From IMG/VR virus record IMGVR_UViG_3300027777_000034, positions 8,394 through 72,393 of that record: a stretch of DNA of 64,000 bases, one strand, 5' to 3'. The notes below the pieces were generated by a model. The model made no database searches and was not told the origin of the DNA. It was given only the letters and a program-made list of their open reading frames with translations. The position numbers were made by a program, and so were the translations under genes. Below, piece after piece: positions 49,693 to 60,865 of the stretch (the first letter of the stretch is position 1; the number at the start of each line of letters is the position of its first letter). The DNA is from a virus.

Positions 49693-51606
49693 ATGAATAA
49701 TTGGACAGCACTACATTGTCATTCTCATTATAGTCTTTTAGATGGTTTAACAAAGCCAGAATCTATGGCAAAAAGAGCCAAAAGCCTTGGACACAAGTCT
49801 ATAGCTCTTACGGATCATGGAACTATTTCTGGCTCTATTTCTTTTAATAAGGCATGTGTTGCAGAAGAAATAAAACCAATAATAGGGTGTGAGTTTTACA
49901 TATGTGGTCAAAGTGCTTTGATTCATGATAAGACTAATTCTAAAAATTCTCACTTATGTGTCCTTGCTAAAAACATTTCTGGCTGGTATGAGCTTATAAA
50001 ACTTTCATCTTTATCAAACAATAAAGATTATTTTTATTATAAGCCTAGACTAAGCTTGGAAGATTTTGCACCGTACTCAAAAAACTTAATAGCGTTTTCT
50101 GGACATCCAGGAACACAATTGGCCAGATGTATTTTTCCAGATGAAGCATACAAGTGTGCTAGTCCAGAAGAAGCAAGAGCTTTAATCAAAGATGATTGGT
50201 TTGAAGAATCTAAGAAGTTATGTTCTAAGCACCAAGACATTTTTGGCAAAGAAAACTTCTTTATTGAAATACAACTTTTTGATAAAGACAACTTGCATTG
50301 TTCTGTAGTCCTTGCTGAATGCCTTAGAAAACTATCTAAAGAAACTGGCATTAAGGCAATAGCTACTCCTGATGCTCATTACGCTAAACAAGAGGATGCT
50401 TCTGATCAAAGAATAATTTTGTGTGCATCTATGGAAACAACTCTTTCTAAGGTAAGGTCATCTTTAGATAAGCATGAAGATTTTGGATTATCTAGCTTTT
50501 TTAAATCAAATAGGTATTACATTCCATCTACTGAAGAGATTTTAGCCCTTCATGAACCAGAAGAGTTAAAAAATTGTTTATTAATTGAAGAGATGTGTGA
50601 AAATTATTCTTTAACAAAAAAGTCAGTACTTCCAAGTTTTCAATGTCCAGAAAGCAAAAATGAACATGATTATTTAAGAGAGCTTTGTAGAAATGGATGG
50701 AAAGAAAAGTTTTCAGACTTAGAAAAAGATTCATCAAAGTTTGAAAATTATGTTGGAAGAATTAAAAATGAGCTTTCTGTTATAGGCGATGCTGGTCTTG
50801 AAGGCTACTTTTTAATTGTTCAAGATTATTGTAATTGGGCTAGAAAACAAGGATGGTTAACAGGAAGAGGGCGTGGATCAGGTGCTGGTTGTATGGTTTC
50901 TTATTTACTTGGAATAACTCAAGTAGATCCAATTGAGCACAATTTAGTTTTTGAGCGTTTTTACAATGCAGGAAGAAATGTTCCAGGCCATGTAAGTCTT
51001 CCTGATATAGATTGCGATTTTCCAATTACTAAAAGAGATAAGGTAATTGATTACATTAAATCAAAGTATAACGAAGAAAATGTTTCGCAAATGATAACAT
51101 ATAGTAGGATGCAGGGCAGGGGTGCTTTAAAAGATGTGTTAAGGGCACATGGTTTTTCGTTTGATGAAAGTAATGCTATTACAAAAAATATACCTGATGA
51201 AGCTGAAATATCTGAACAGCTTCAAGAAATGAAGGAAGATGGTGGAGAATCATCAATCATTGGTTGGGCATTAGAAAATATACCTTCAAAACTTAAAGAT
51301 TATTGCGAGATAGACGAACATGGTAATATAACAGGAAAGTTGTCAAAAGAGTTTTCACAAGCTATTAGACTTGAAGGAACTAAGCGTAGTCAAGGAAAAC
51401 ATGCTGCTGGAATTGTTATAAGTCACACTCCGTTAAAAGATATCTGCCCTATGATCTATGATAAAAAGAATAAGCAAATGATTGCTGGTCTTGAAATGTC
51501 AGATCTTGAATCAATTGGTTTAGTTAAGTTTGATATTTTGGGGGTTGCTGTTTTAGATAAGATAATGGGTTGTATAAATTTATTGAAAGGAAAAGAAAAT
51601 GAGTGA
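49693..51606 (+). CDS. dnaE: DNA polymerase III alpha, N-terminal part (PHP + palm/thumb)
   Basis: 'HCHSHYSLLDG', 'TDHG', 'GRGSGAG', 'FERF', 'PDIDCDF', 'HAAG', 'KFDILG'. Confidence 0.9.
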   Translation: MNNWTALHCHSHYSLLDGLTKPESMAKRAKSLGHKSIALTDHGTISGSISFNKACVAEEIKPIIGCEFYICGQSALIHDKTNSKNSHLCVLAKNISGWYELIKLSSLSNNKDYFYYKPRLSLEDFAPYSKNLIAFSGHPGTQLARCIFPDEAYKCASPEEARALIKDDWFEESKKLCSKHQDIFGKENFFIEIQLFDKDNLHCSVVLAECLRKLSKETGIKAIATPDAHYAKQEDASDQRIILCASMETTLSKVRSSLDKHEDFGLSSFFKSNRYYIPSTEEILALHEPEELKNCLLIEEMCENYSLTKKSVLPSFQCPESKNEHDYLRELCRNGWKEKFSDLEKDSSKFENYVGRIKNELSVIGDAGLEGYFLIVQDYCNWARKQGWLTGRGRGSGAGCMVSYLLGITQVDPIEHNLVFERFYNAGRNVPGHVSLPDIDCDFPITKRDKVIDYIKSKYNEENVSQMITYSRMQGRGALKDVLRAHGFSFDESNAITKNIPDEAEISEQLQEMKEDGGESSIIGWALENIPSKLKDYCEIDEHGNITGKLSKEFSQAIRLEGTKRSQGKHAAGIVISHTPLKDICPMIYDKKNKQMIAGLEMSDLESIGLVKFDILGVAVLDKIMGCINLLKGKENE

Positions 51607-51868
51607 AAAAGAAGAAATTGAATTAATAGCAAAACTAGTATCTCAACAAATGGGATTAGTTCAAGCTGTTTCAGAATGTCAAAATTCAAAAAATCAACTT
51701 TCTTTACAGTTTATAAAAATACTTAAAGCAATTGTTTTAAAAAACAACGGTAATTTTGTTATAGAAAAAGAATTTTTTGACTCTGCTGATGACAATGATT
51801 TTAAATTAGATATCACAACTGATGATGAAGAATCAATAGTTTTACAATTTTTAGAGAATGAGGAATAA

Positions 51869-52507
51869 ATGTATAGTAATACAATTATGGTTTTTGATTT
51901 TGAAACAGGTTCTTTAGATATAAATAAGTGTGAAGTAATTCAAGTTGCAGCTATGGCAATAAATAGAAAAACTCTTGAACCAATCAAAGATGGTATTTTT
52001 GAAACATTAATAAAACCAAGAGACTTTAATAATCTTCAAGATGAAGCTCTTGCAATAAATAAAAAAACAAGAGAAGAATTGAAGCTTGCACCAAGCATTG
52101 ATGCTGTTTGGAAAAAGCTTGCAGATTTTATTTCGATGTTTAATAACGGCAAAGGAAATATCTCTGCACCAATTCCAGCAGGGAAAAACATAAGACATTT
52201 TGATATGCCTATTTTTCAAAGAGTTTGCTCAGAACTTGGTTATGTAGATAAGAATGGAAATCAGAATTTATTAAATAGAAGAAGCATGTATGACCTTGAT
52301 GAAATAATGATGTTATGGTTTGATAATACTACAGTGGTTCCAAACTATAAGATGGATACACTTAGAGATTTCTTTGGACTATCTAAAGCTAATGCTCATG
52401 ATGCTTTAACTGATGTTATACAGACTTCTGATATTATTTTACATTTTTTAAAGTTGCACAGAAGCATTTTCCCAAAAATTAAATTTAAAGATGCATTTAG
52501 AAAGTAA
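51869..52507 (+). CDS. DEDDh 3'-5' exonuclease (DnaQ-like)
   Basis: 'VFDFETG', 'NIRHFDMP', 'AHDALTD'. Confidence 0.85.
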   Translation: MYSNTIMVFDFETGSLDINKCEVIQVAAMAINRKTLEPIKDGIFETLIKPRDFNNLQDEALAINKKTREELKLAPSIDAVWKKLADFISMFNNGKGNISAPIPAGKNIRHFDMPIFQRVCSELGYVDKNGNQNLLNRRSMYDLDEIMMLWFDNTTVVPNYKMDTLRDFFGLSKANAHDALTDVIQTSDIILHFLKLHRSIFPKIKFKDAFRK

Positions 52508-52509
52508 TT

Positions 52510-54132
52510 ATGAAATATTATAAGTTTGAATGTGGCTGTTCTTGGCCAATAATTGAAGAATCTAAGATAGAAGGTGCTTTACCATTGATGGAAGTTGATC
52601 CATTAAAATTGCCATACTGTCAGTCAACTTGGGATTTGTTTGCTAGAGGTGATACAAAAGGCGTATTTCAGCTTGAATCAGATCTTGGTAAACAATGGAG
52701 CAAGCGATTAAGGCCAAAGAACGCAGAACATCTATCTGCCATTGGTGCATTAATTAGGCCGGGAACACTTCGTGCATTAGACGAAAACGGCATTAGCATG
52801 ACCGCCCACTATTGCAAAAGAGCCAACTTTGAAGAACCAGTTGAGTCATATCATCCTGTTGTTGATGAAATTTTAAAATCAACATATGGATCATTGGTGT
52901 TTCAAGAACAGGCTATGGAGTTATCTAAGTCTGTCGCTGGCTTTACTCTGCAAGAAGCTGATAAGCTAAGAAAGGCTATGGGTAAAAAACTTGCTAGTGA
53001 AATGGCAAAATGTAAAAAAATATTTATTGAAGGTGCTAAAAAGGCTGAAATTGTAAGCGAAAAACAGGCTGAAGAAATATTTAGTTGGATTGAACAAAGT
53101 CAAAGATATTCATTTAATAAAAGTCACAGTTGTTGTTATGGTTTAACTGGATATGATACTGCTTATTTAAAAAGTCATTTTCCAGTTCAGTTTTATTGCA
53201 GTTGGTTATATTACGCAAAAGATAAACTTGATTCTCAACTTGAGATAATGGATCTTGTTGAAGATGCAAGAAAGTTTAATATAGATGTTTTAGCACCAGA
53301 TGCTTTTAAACTAAATAAAAATTTTGCAACTGATGGTTTAAACATATGGTTTGGTATTACTGATATTAAGGGGATTGGTGAATCACAATTTAATAAACTT
53401 AAAGCATCTATGGAAAAGAATAAAGACAAGCTAAATACTTGGGAAAATTTTGTAGTATTTTGTTCTGATGAAATACCAAGTTCTACTATAATAAAACTAA
53501 TATCTGTTGGTGGATTTAAAAGATATAATACATGTAGACAAAAACTTTTAGCAGAATATAACTCTTGGGTGCAGTTAACGGATAAAGAAAGAGAATGGAT
53601 TAAAATTAATTTTACAGAATCTACCATAGCTGAATTAATATCTTTAGCAGCAAAACCAAAAAAGGAAAATGGCGGTTGCTCTAATCAGAACAGAGTATTG
53701 TTTTTGAAGGACTTGGCTAATTTGCTCATTAATCCACCATCTCCACATATTGATCTTCCTCAATGGTTAATTTGGTCAGAAAAGGATGCTTTAGGCATTT
53801 CTTTGACTTGTAATGCAATTGATTCATGCGATACTGCACAAGCCAATACTACATGTAAAGAATTTTTAAATGGAAAAACTGGTTTTATGATTTTTGGAGT
53901 TGAAATACGAAGATGTAAAGAAGTTGTTACAAAAGCTGGTAAATCTCCAGGATCTAAAATGGCTTTTATGTCTATATCAGATTCAACTGGAAAAGTAGAT
54001 GATGTAATATGTTTTCCAGACTCGTACAAAGATAGTTGGTCTTTGTTAAAAGAGGGCAACACTGTTTTAATTCATGGTGAAAAAAGTAGGGGCAGTGATT
54101 CTCTTTTAGTTAAAAAAGTTTTTCAAATTTAG
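52510..54132 (+). CDS. dnaE: DNA polymerase III alpha, C-terminal part (fingers, HhH, OB fold)
   Basis: 'GVFQLES', 'ALIRPG', 'FQEQ', 'LRKAMGKK', 'YSFNKSHS', 'IKGIG', OB 'MAFMSISD.TG'. Confidence 0.9.
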   Translation: MKYYKFECGCSWPIIEESKIEGALPLMEVDPLKLPYCQSTWDLFARGDTKGVFQLESDLGKQWSKRLRPKNAEHLSAIGALIRPGTLRALDENGISMTAHYCKRANFEEPVESYHPVVDEILKSTYGSLVFQEQAMELSKSVAGFTLQEADKLRKAMGKKLASEMAKCKKIFIEGAKKAEIVSEKQAEEIFSWIEQSQRYSFNKSHSCCYGLTGYDTAYLKSHFPVQFYCSWLYYAKDKLDSQLEIMDLVEDARKFNIDVLAPDAFKLNKNFATDGLNIWFGITDIKGIGESQFNKLKASMEKNKDKLNTWENFVVFCSDEIPSSTIIKLISVGGFKRYNTCRQKLLAEYNSWVQLTDKEREWIKINFTESTIAELISLAAKPKKENGGCSNQNRVLFLKDLANLLINPPSPHIDLPQWLIWSEKDALGISLTCNAIDSCDTAQANTTCKEFLNGKTGFMIFGVEIRRCKEVVTKAGKSPGSKMAFMSISDSTGKVDDVICFPDSYKDSWSLLKEGNTVLIHGEKSRGSDSLLVKKVFQI

Positions 54133-54140
54133 GAGCAGAA

Positions 54141-54512
54141 ATGAATATTTGTAGTTTTATGGGTCGTTTAACTAGAGAACCAGAATATGTGCAATTACAA
54201 AATGGAAAAAATGTAATAAATTTTTCTATGGCTGTTAGAAACCCAAACACTAGCAGTAAAGATAAAGCAGATACAACATTTATTGATTGTGTAGCTTGGG
54301 AAGGAACCGCTGATTTAATAAATAAATATTTTAAAAAAGGTTCTAGGATATTAGTGCATACATCTGCAAAAACAGATAACTGGATTGATAAAGATACTGG
54401 AAAGAATAGATATAAAATTAAATTTCTTGTGCAAAAATTTTGGTATGTAGATCAAAAACAAGAAGATTCGTATTCAAGCATTGAAAATGTTGACGAAGAA
54501 GAAGTAATTTAA
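54141..54512 (+). CDS. ssb: Single-stranded DNA-binding protein
   Basis: 'MGRLTREPE', 'FIDCVAW', 'KKGSRI', acidic tail. Confidence 0.9.
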   Translation: MNICSFMGRLTREPEYVQLQNGKNVINFSMAVRNPNTSSKDKADTTFIDCVAWEGTADLINKYFKKGSRILVHTSAKTDNWIDKDTGKNRYKIKFLVQKFWYVDQKQEDSYSSIENVDEEEVI

Positions 54513-54513
54513 T

Positions 54514-56013
54514 ATGCAAAAAAGAAAAGTCCTTCTTGTTGGTGAAGCCTCCTATCTTAATTCTGGATATGCCAATTATGGTTTTCAGATAATGAAAAGG
54601 CTTTATGACACTAAGGACTTTGATCTTGCTGAAATAAGTTGTCATGGAAGTGATAATAGATCAGATGAGATACCTTGGAAAAGTTATGTTGTTCCTCAAA
54701 AATCAAACATTTTTGGTGAAGACATATTTAATGATGTTTTAATTGATTTTAAACCAGATATAGTTTGGTCATTTAGAGATCCTTGGGTAGATGAGTTTAT
54801 TGGTGATTCTGTATTAAGGAATAATTTTAAATGGGTCTACATGCCAACTATTGATGCTTTACCATTAGATGTTGACTGGATTGATACAATAAGCAGAGCA
54901 GATTATGTTTTGACATATTCTGATTGGGCAGCAGAAGAACTTAAAAGCTTGTATCCTAATATAAACATTTTAGGTTCAGCATCCCCAGGATTTGATAATA
55001 ATTTTAAACCTGTTGAAGATAAAATTAAATTTAAAAAACAAAATGGAATAAATGAAGAATCATTAATTATTGGTTCTGTAATGAGAAATCAAAAAAGAAA
55101 ACTTATTCCAGATTTACTTGATGCATTTTCTGAGTTTTTAGATAAAGCACCAAAAGAAATTTCTGAAAAATGTTTTTTGTATCTTCACACAACTTATCCA
55201 GATGTTGGTTGGAATATACCTAGACTTATTGCAGAAAGACCAAAAATATCCAACAAGGTTCTTTTTTCTTATAATTGCAACAATTGTTTTAAACTTTCAA
55301 TCTCTTCTTTCTGTGGTGCAATTATCCAATGCAACAATTGTAAACAGGTCAATTGTACATTCCCTAGAGTTTCAAAAGGCTCAAAAAGAGATGATATGGT
55401 TATGGTGTATAACCTTATGGATCTGTATGTGCAATACTCTTGTGCAGAAGGTTTTGGTATGCCACTAGTTGAAGCAGCATCATGCGGTGTACCAGTTTGT
55501 GCTGTAGATTATAGTGCAATGACTGATATAGTTAAAAAACTAGAAGGTTATCCAATAAAAGTACAAAGATATACATATGAAGTTGAAACAAACAGAAAGT
55601 TTGCTTTGCCAGACAATTCTAGTTTTAGCGATATTTGTATAGATTTTTTTAAAAAACCATATCCTATAAGAAGAGCAATATCTAATAAAACAAGAGATTT
55701 AGTTGTTAAAAATTATACATATAAAAAAACATTTGAAAAAATTAAAAACATTTTTTATTCAATAGAACAAGAAAACAAATGGGATTTGCCTTTAAAATTT
55801 GTTGAAATGCCAAAAGATTTTAAAGACTGCAATTCTAACAACGAAATTGTTGAAAAGATTTTTAAAAAAATGCCAATAAATATGGGTCATATTAAACAGA
55901 AGTGTTTGTTTAAATTAAACAATAGGATGCACGATAAACAAAAGATTTTAAAAGAATTAAATTCAATATTTGATTCTTATAATCATTATGAATCTTTAAG
56001 GGTAAAAAAATGA
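54514..56013 (+). CDS. GT4 glycosyltransferase
   Basis: 'SGYANYG', 'MRNQKRK', 'EGFGMPLVEAASCGVP'. Confidence 0.85.
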   Translation: MQKRKVLLVGEASYLNSGYANYGFQIMKRLYDTKDFDLAEISCHGSDNRSDEIPWKSYVVPQKSNIFGEDIFNDVLIDFKPDIVWSFRDPWVDEFIGDSVLRNNFKWVYMPTIDALPLDVDWIDTISRADYVLTYSDWAAEELKSLYPNINILGSASPGFDNNFKPVEDKIKFKKQNGINEESLIIGSVMRNQKRKLIPDLLDAFSEFLDKAPKEISEKCFLYLHTTYPDVGWNIPRLIAERPKISNKVLFSYNCNNCFKLSISSFCGAIIQCNNCKQVNCTFPRVSKGSKRDDMVMVYNLMDLYVQYSCAEGFGMPLVEAASCGVPVCAVDYSAMTDIVKKLEGYPIKVQRYTYEVETNRKFALPDNSSFSDICIDFFKKPYPIRRAISNKTRDLVVKNYTYKKTFEKIKNIFYSIEQENKWDLPLKFVEMPKDFKDCNSNNEIVEKIFKKMPINMGHIKQKCLFKLNNRMHDKQKILKELNSIFDSYNHYESLRVKK

Positions 56014-57143
56014 AGGTTCTTTATATAGGCGTTTATCGTGATGGAACAGGTTATGGTCAAGCAGCAGAAGATTATATTCTTTCTTTAAATTCTGTTGGCG
56101 TTGATGTTGTTTGCAGACCTTTAAAACTTAATAAAATAGATCATGTTCCTAATTCAATAGTATCTAAACTTGAATCTAAAAGTTTAAAAAATTGCGATAT
56201 TGTTATTCAACATATGTTACCAGTACACATGCAATACAATGGAAATTTTGACTGTAATATTGGTCTTTTTGCTTATGAGACTAGCAATTTTAAAATGTCT
56301 GGATGGAAAAACAATTTAAATTTAATGGATGCCAATGTTGTAATAAATAAACAAATGATTGATTCTTGTTTAAGTAGTGGAATAAATACGCCATTACATG
56401 TAGTTCCTCATGCTAGAGATTTTTCTAGATATATTGAAAAATATGAAAAGCTTGAAAAAATAACATCTCAAGTTTCAGATTCTGATTTTATATTTTATAC
56501 AATTGGTGAAACAACAAAAAGAAAAAATTTTTCTGCGTTGTTGAAAGCTTATTTTACCGAGTTTTCTGAATCTGAACCTGTTTGCCTATTAGTTAAAACC
56601 AATAAATCAACTTATGAATTTTATGACTATTGTGGAAAAATACTTGATGGTCTTTGTATAAAAAATCCACCAAAAGTTATTACTATTACAGAAAGAATGT
56701 CAGATGAAGAAATAAGCAGACTTCATTATACATGCGATGCTTTTGTACAACCTTCTTATGGTGAAGCTTGGGGTATACCAGCTTTTGATGCGATGGCTTT
56801 TGGTAAAACTCCAATTGTCACTAATTGCACTGGATATGTTGAATACATAGACGAGTCCGTTGGTTGGTTGGTTAACGGTTTTGAGGAACCAGTATTTGCT
56901 GCTGATAAACAAACAGATGACATATATACATCTGGTGAAAATTGGTTTTCAGTAGACATATTGGATTTAAAGAGAAAGATGAGAGAGTGTTACGCAAAGG
57001 AAGGAATTAGGAGGTCAAAAGCTGCAAATGCTTTAGATCGTGCTTACGAATTCTCCCATGAAAAAGTGGGTTCAATCTTTCTTGAGGTATTAAAAAATGT
57101 CACAAAAGAAAAGAAAACAGAATTGGTTAGAAGAAGCTACTAA
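56010..57143 (+). CDS. GT4 glycosyltransferase
   Basis: 'TGYGQAA', 'RKN', 'PSYGEAWGIPAFDAMAFGK'. Confidence 0.85.
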   Translation: MKVLYIGVYRDGTGYGQAAEDYILSLNSVGVDVVCRPLKLNKIDHVPNSIVSKLESKSLKNCDIVIQHMLPVHMQYNGNFDCNIGLFAYETSNFKMSGWKNNLNLMDANVVINKQMIDSCLSSGINTPLHVVPHARDFSRYIEKYEKLEKITSQVSDSDFIFYTIGETTKRKNFSALLKAYFTEFSESEPVCLLVKTNKSTYEFYDYCGKILDGLCIKNPPKVITITERMSDEEISRLHYTCDAFVQPSYGEAWGIPAFDAMAFGKTPIVTNCTGYVEYIDESVGWLVNGFEEPVFAADKQTDDIYTSGENWFSVDILDLKRKMRECYAKEGIRRSKAANALDRAYEFSHEKVGSIFLEVLKNVTKEKKTELVRRSY

Positions 57144-57843
57144 CGCAGAAGTAGAAAAAACCATTTCTTGGAGAGATGAAAGGGATAAAGCTGCTGATGA
57201 GCAAAAAGAAAATACTAATAGCAATAAGTTAAAAGCAAAAACAAAAAATCAAGAAATATACATAAGTTCTGTATACACTAAAACTGTAACAATATGTTCT
57301 GGTGTTGCTGGAACAGGTAAAACATATATAGCTTGTGGAATAGCAGCAGAAATGCTCATTGATTTAAAGATAGAAAAAATAATTATTGCTAGACCATTAG
57401 TTGAATGTGGTCAAAGACTTGGTGCATTCCCAGGAGATTTAAAAGAAAAAACAGAGCCATTTATGACAGCTATGCTTGAAGTATTTGGCAAATTTATGAC
57501 TAAAACAAAAATGCGTAAAATAAAAACTGATGAGGTTTTAGAAATATGTCCATTAGAAATAATGCGTGGAAGAACATTTCACAACTCTGTAATTATTTTA
57601 GATGAAGCACAAAATGCCACTAGAAGACAATTGAAAATGTTTCTTACTAGATTTGGACAAGAGTCAAAGGTTATTATTTGTGGCGATCATACTCAAACGG
57701 ATTTACCGCACTCAGAAGGAAATACAATGAATTGGTTGCTTGATAGACTTGACCACAATGATATTGGTAAGGTATTCTTGACATCTGAAGATGTTCAAAG
57801 ACATGGCCTTATTCGATATATAATAGAACAGCTTGGTGAATAA
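57097..57843 (+). CDS. phoH: PhoH-family ATPase
   Basis: 'GVAGTGKT', 'ARPLVE', 'MRGRTF', 'ILDEAQN', 'GDHTQTDL'. Confidence 0.92.
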   Translation: MSQKKRKQNWLEEATNAEVEKTISWRDERDKAADEQKENTNSNKLKAKTKNQEIYISSVYTKTVTICSGVAGTGKTYIACGIAAEMLIDLKIEKIIIARPLVECGQRLGAFPGDLKEKTEPFMTAMLEVFGKFMTKTKMRKIKTDEVLEICPLEIMRGRTFHNSVIILDEAQNATRRQLKMFLTRFGQESKVIICGDHTQTDLPHSEGNTMNWLLDRLDHNDIGKVFLTSEDVQRHGLIRYIIEQLGE

Positions 57844-58823
57844 TGCACCATAGTGTCAGCAACATATTACGATCTTCGACTAGAAAATCTGGTCAAAGAC
57901 TTAATATTTTAACCTTTTCTACTCATGAAAGATATCAGTCTAATATGTCTGATGTTAATGCTAATTTTTGGGTTATCAATAATCCTAAAATTAAAACTTG
58001 GAATTTAAACTTTTCAGACATTCCTAAAAATCATACTATGTTAAATAACATATCGCTTTTAAGTGATATACCAACATATATAGATTTTGATTTAATAATT
58101 TCTCAAAGCAAATTTGTGCAATTTAATTTAGCTGTTCAAATAGCAGACTATTTAAAAATTCCACTTGTTTGTATTGAACATACTGAAATGTTTGAAGATA
58201 GGAAAAAATTTAAACACATGATTGGCGATACAAACATATTCATATCTGATTATTCTGCTAAAACATGGGAGGCAGATTATGCGTACTATGTTATTGATCA
58301 TGGTATAAACAGTTCTTTATTTCACAATAAAAATATAAAAAGAGAAAATCAAGTATTGAGCATTGTAAACGATTGGATAAATAGGGATTACGAATGTGGT
58401 TTTACACTTTGGAAAGAAGTAACAAAAGATCTTCCAGTTTATGTAGCTGGTGATACACCCAACTTTTCTAAACCAGCCAAAAACACAGAAGAACTTATTG
58501 ACATTTACAATAGAAACTCTATATTTTTAAATACTTCTATACATAGTCCAGTTCCAACCACCTTGCTTGAAGCTATGTCTTGTGGTTGCTGTGTTGTTAC
58601 AACCAAAAATGAAATGATAGACTCATTTATAGAAAATGGTAAAAATGGTTTTGTTTCAAACGACAAAAATGAAATCAGAAAAAATTTAGAAGTTTGTTTA
58701 AATAATCCAGTCATGTGTAGGGAAATTGGAAAAAATGCTAGACAAACAATCATTGATAAGTTTTCTTTGAAGACATTTACAGAAAAATGGGATTATGTTT
58801 TAAATAGATCTTTAGGTAAATAA
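57843..58823 (+). CDS. GT4-like glycosyltransferase
   Basis: 'HGIN', 'FLNTS..SPVPTTLLEAMSCGC', 'IENGKNGF'. Confidence 0.8.
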   Translation: MHHSVSNILRSSTRKSGQRLNILTFSTHERYQSNMSDVNANFWVINNPKIKTWNLNFSDIPKNHTMLNNISLLSDIPTYIDFDLIISQSKFVQFNLAVQIADYLKIPLVCIEHTEMFEDRKKFKHMIGDTNIFISDYSAKTWEADYAYYVIDHGINSSLFHNKNIKRENQVLSIVNDWINRDYECGFTLWKEVTKDLPVYVAGDTPNFSKPAKNTEELIDIYNRNSIFLNTSIHSPVPTTLLEAMSCGCCVVTTKNEMIDSFIENGKNGFVSNDKNEIRKNLEVCLNNPVMCREIGKNARQTIIDKFSLKTFTEKWDYVLNRSLGK

Positions 58824-58824
58824 A

Positions 58825-59295
58825 ATGAAAATAAACATTTGTTTTGGAAATTCAAACGAATATTTAAATGGTTATGTTAATACTAATTTTATTAAAAATG
58901 ATAAGTTTGAAAATTGTCACCCTGAGAATTTAGATTTGATTGTAGATGATGGTGAAGCAGATGAAATATTAGCTATTAATGTTTTAAATTATATTGAATT
59001 TAAAAAAACAAAAGATGTTTTGATTAATTGGTACAAAAAATTAAAATACGATGGTACAATTGTTATATCTTTTTTTGATTTTGAAGAAATATGCAGAGCT
59101 TTAACTTCTGGACAATTAGATGTTTTAGATGCAAAGAAACTTATTTATGGTGAACAAAATGAAGGTTGGCAATTTTTTAAATCTGGATCTTCATTAATTG
59201 AATTAAAGAAGTTTTTTTTATCGATTGGTTCTAAGATAGAATATTGTAAAATAGATGGTTTTATTTCACATATTAAAGTTAGGAGAATTAAGTGA
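58825..59295 (+). CDS. Methyltransferase-fold protein (divergent)
   Basis: 'KINICFG...GYVN', 'DEILAINVLNY', 'WYKKLKYDG'. Confidence 0.55.
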   Translation: MKINICFGNSNEYLNGYVNTNFIKNDKFENCHPENLDLIVDDGEADEILAINVLNYIEFKKTKDVLINWYKKLKYDGTIVISFFDFEEICRALTSGQLDVLDAKKLIYGEQNEGWQFFKSGSSLIELKKFFLSIGSKIEYCKIDGFISHIKVRRIK

Positions 59296-60094
59296 GCAAT
59301 TTGCACACAAGCTGTAGGGATTGTTTTTATGCAATTTATGAAGAGTCTGAAAAAACTCAAATTGGTTGTCATTTTAATAAGTTGGAAAAACTTAAAGAAA
59401 ACAATATTGCAATAACAGAATCTTATGATGATGAAAAAGAATTTTTTGTTCTAGAAAAACATGCTTGTATGGCTTATAGAACTAAGTCATCTATGATTGC
59501 TGCTAATCAAGATGTTAAAGAAAGCATGGAGTTAACTAGAAAACAAATGTCGCCTAAAATTGCTGCTGTTATAAATGTATTTAATAAAGACATGGAAGGC
59601 TTAAAGAAAACAATTCAGCAGATATCTGATCAAGATATTCAATTTTATGAAGTTATTTTTTGTGTTTCATCAGGTATAAAGCCATCAGAAATTATATCCA
59701 TGATTCATAAGCTAAACTGTACATTTAAATGGAATATAAAACAAATAGTAGATGAATATTGGTTGGGTTCTAGAGCAATAAATGTTTCTGTTCAAAATAG
59801 CAAGTCTACATATTTTGCACTTTTTAATTGTGGGTTTGATATACCCAAAGCTTTTGTCAAAGAAATTGATGAGGCTATTTGTGATCAGATGAAAAGATTT
59901 ATTGTGCTTCATGGCGTTGATGAAGAAGGAAATGGTTCTGTTTATCAAACATATGCTTTTAATGCACTAAGGGGCAATGAAGAAGCTTTTATTGAGCAAG
60001 AAAATGATAAACCAGCACATACTTTTTTAGAAAAATTAAACTATCTTGCAGCCCAAAGTGATTTAATGCACTTACTTAAGAAATGCGAAGAAGT

Positions 60095-60865
60095 ATGTCC
60101 TTGCATGAAAAACCACTAGTATCCATAGTAATACCAAATCATAATTATGGTAAATGGATAGAAGATGCCATAGATAGCGTTGTATATGATGATTATTCTA
60201 ATAAAAGAATAGTTGTCGTAGATGATGGTTCTACCGATGGATCAGCTAAAAAAGTTTACAATCTTTTATTAAATCCAAAAGCTTCTGAAGCATCTGGAAT
60301 ATCTGGTATAACAGGAAAATATAAAACAACAGATGTTGAAATAACATTAATAGCTTGTAATGAGTGCAGAGGCCCATCTGCTGCAAGAAATATAGGAATA
60401 AAGTTTTATTGGGAAAACACTGATGTTTATTCTTTTTTAGATTCTGATGATATGCACATAAATGGAAAATTAAAAGAAACTTTATCCGTTTTAATTAGTG
60501 GATGGGGATCAATTGGTGCTGTATATTGCGATTATATAAATTTTGATTATAAAAACAATATAAATTTTCAACAACATAAAGAAGCTTTTTGTTCTGAAAG
60601 AATATTGGAAGAATGCATAATGCCATCATGCAATTTAGTTCCTAAATATGTTTTTGATAAAATAGGTTTTTATGATGAAACTATGCGTGTTGCAGAAGAT
60701 TGGGATCTTTGGATAAGAATGTCTAAGCATTTTATTGCTTATCATATTCCAAAAACTTTTACAATAATGAGAACAGGAAGCTATAATTCTACTAATACTG
60801 TTTCTGAGGAAGTGTGGTCTAAAAACTGGCAAAGAATATTAGAAAAAATAAAAAATGACAAATGA
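60095..60865 (+). CDS. GT2 glycosyltransferase
   Basis: 'VSIVIPNHN', 'VVDDGSTD', 'GPSAARN', 'FLDSDD', 'EDWDLW'. Confidence 0.88.
   Translation: MSLHEKPLVSIVIPNHNYGKWIEDAIDSVVYDDYSNKRIVVVDDGSTDGSAKKVYNLLLNPKASEASGISGITGKYKTTDVEITLIACNECRGPSAARNIGIKFYWENTDVYSFLDSDDMHINGKLKETLSVLISGWGSIGAVYCDYINFDYKNNINFQQHKEAFCSERILEECIMPSCNLVPKYVFDKIGFYDETMRVAEDWDLWIRMSKHFIAYHIPKTFTIMRTGSYNSTNTVSEEVWSKNWQRILEKIKNDK

Noticed and set aside
51560-52560. Split intein joining the dnaE halves
   Set aside because: No intein-N block after KFDILG and no HN-C/S/T motif at the start of the C-part.
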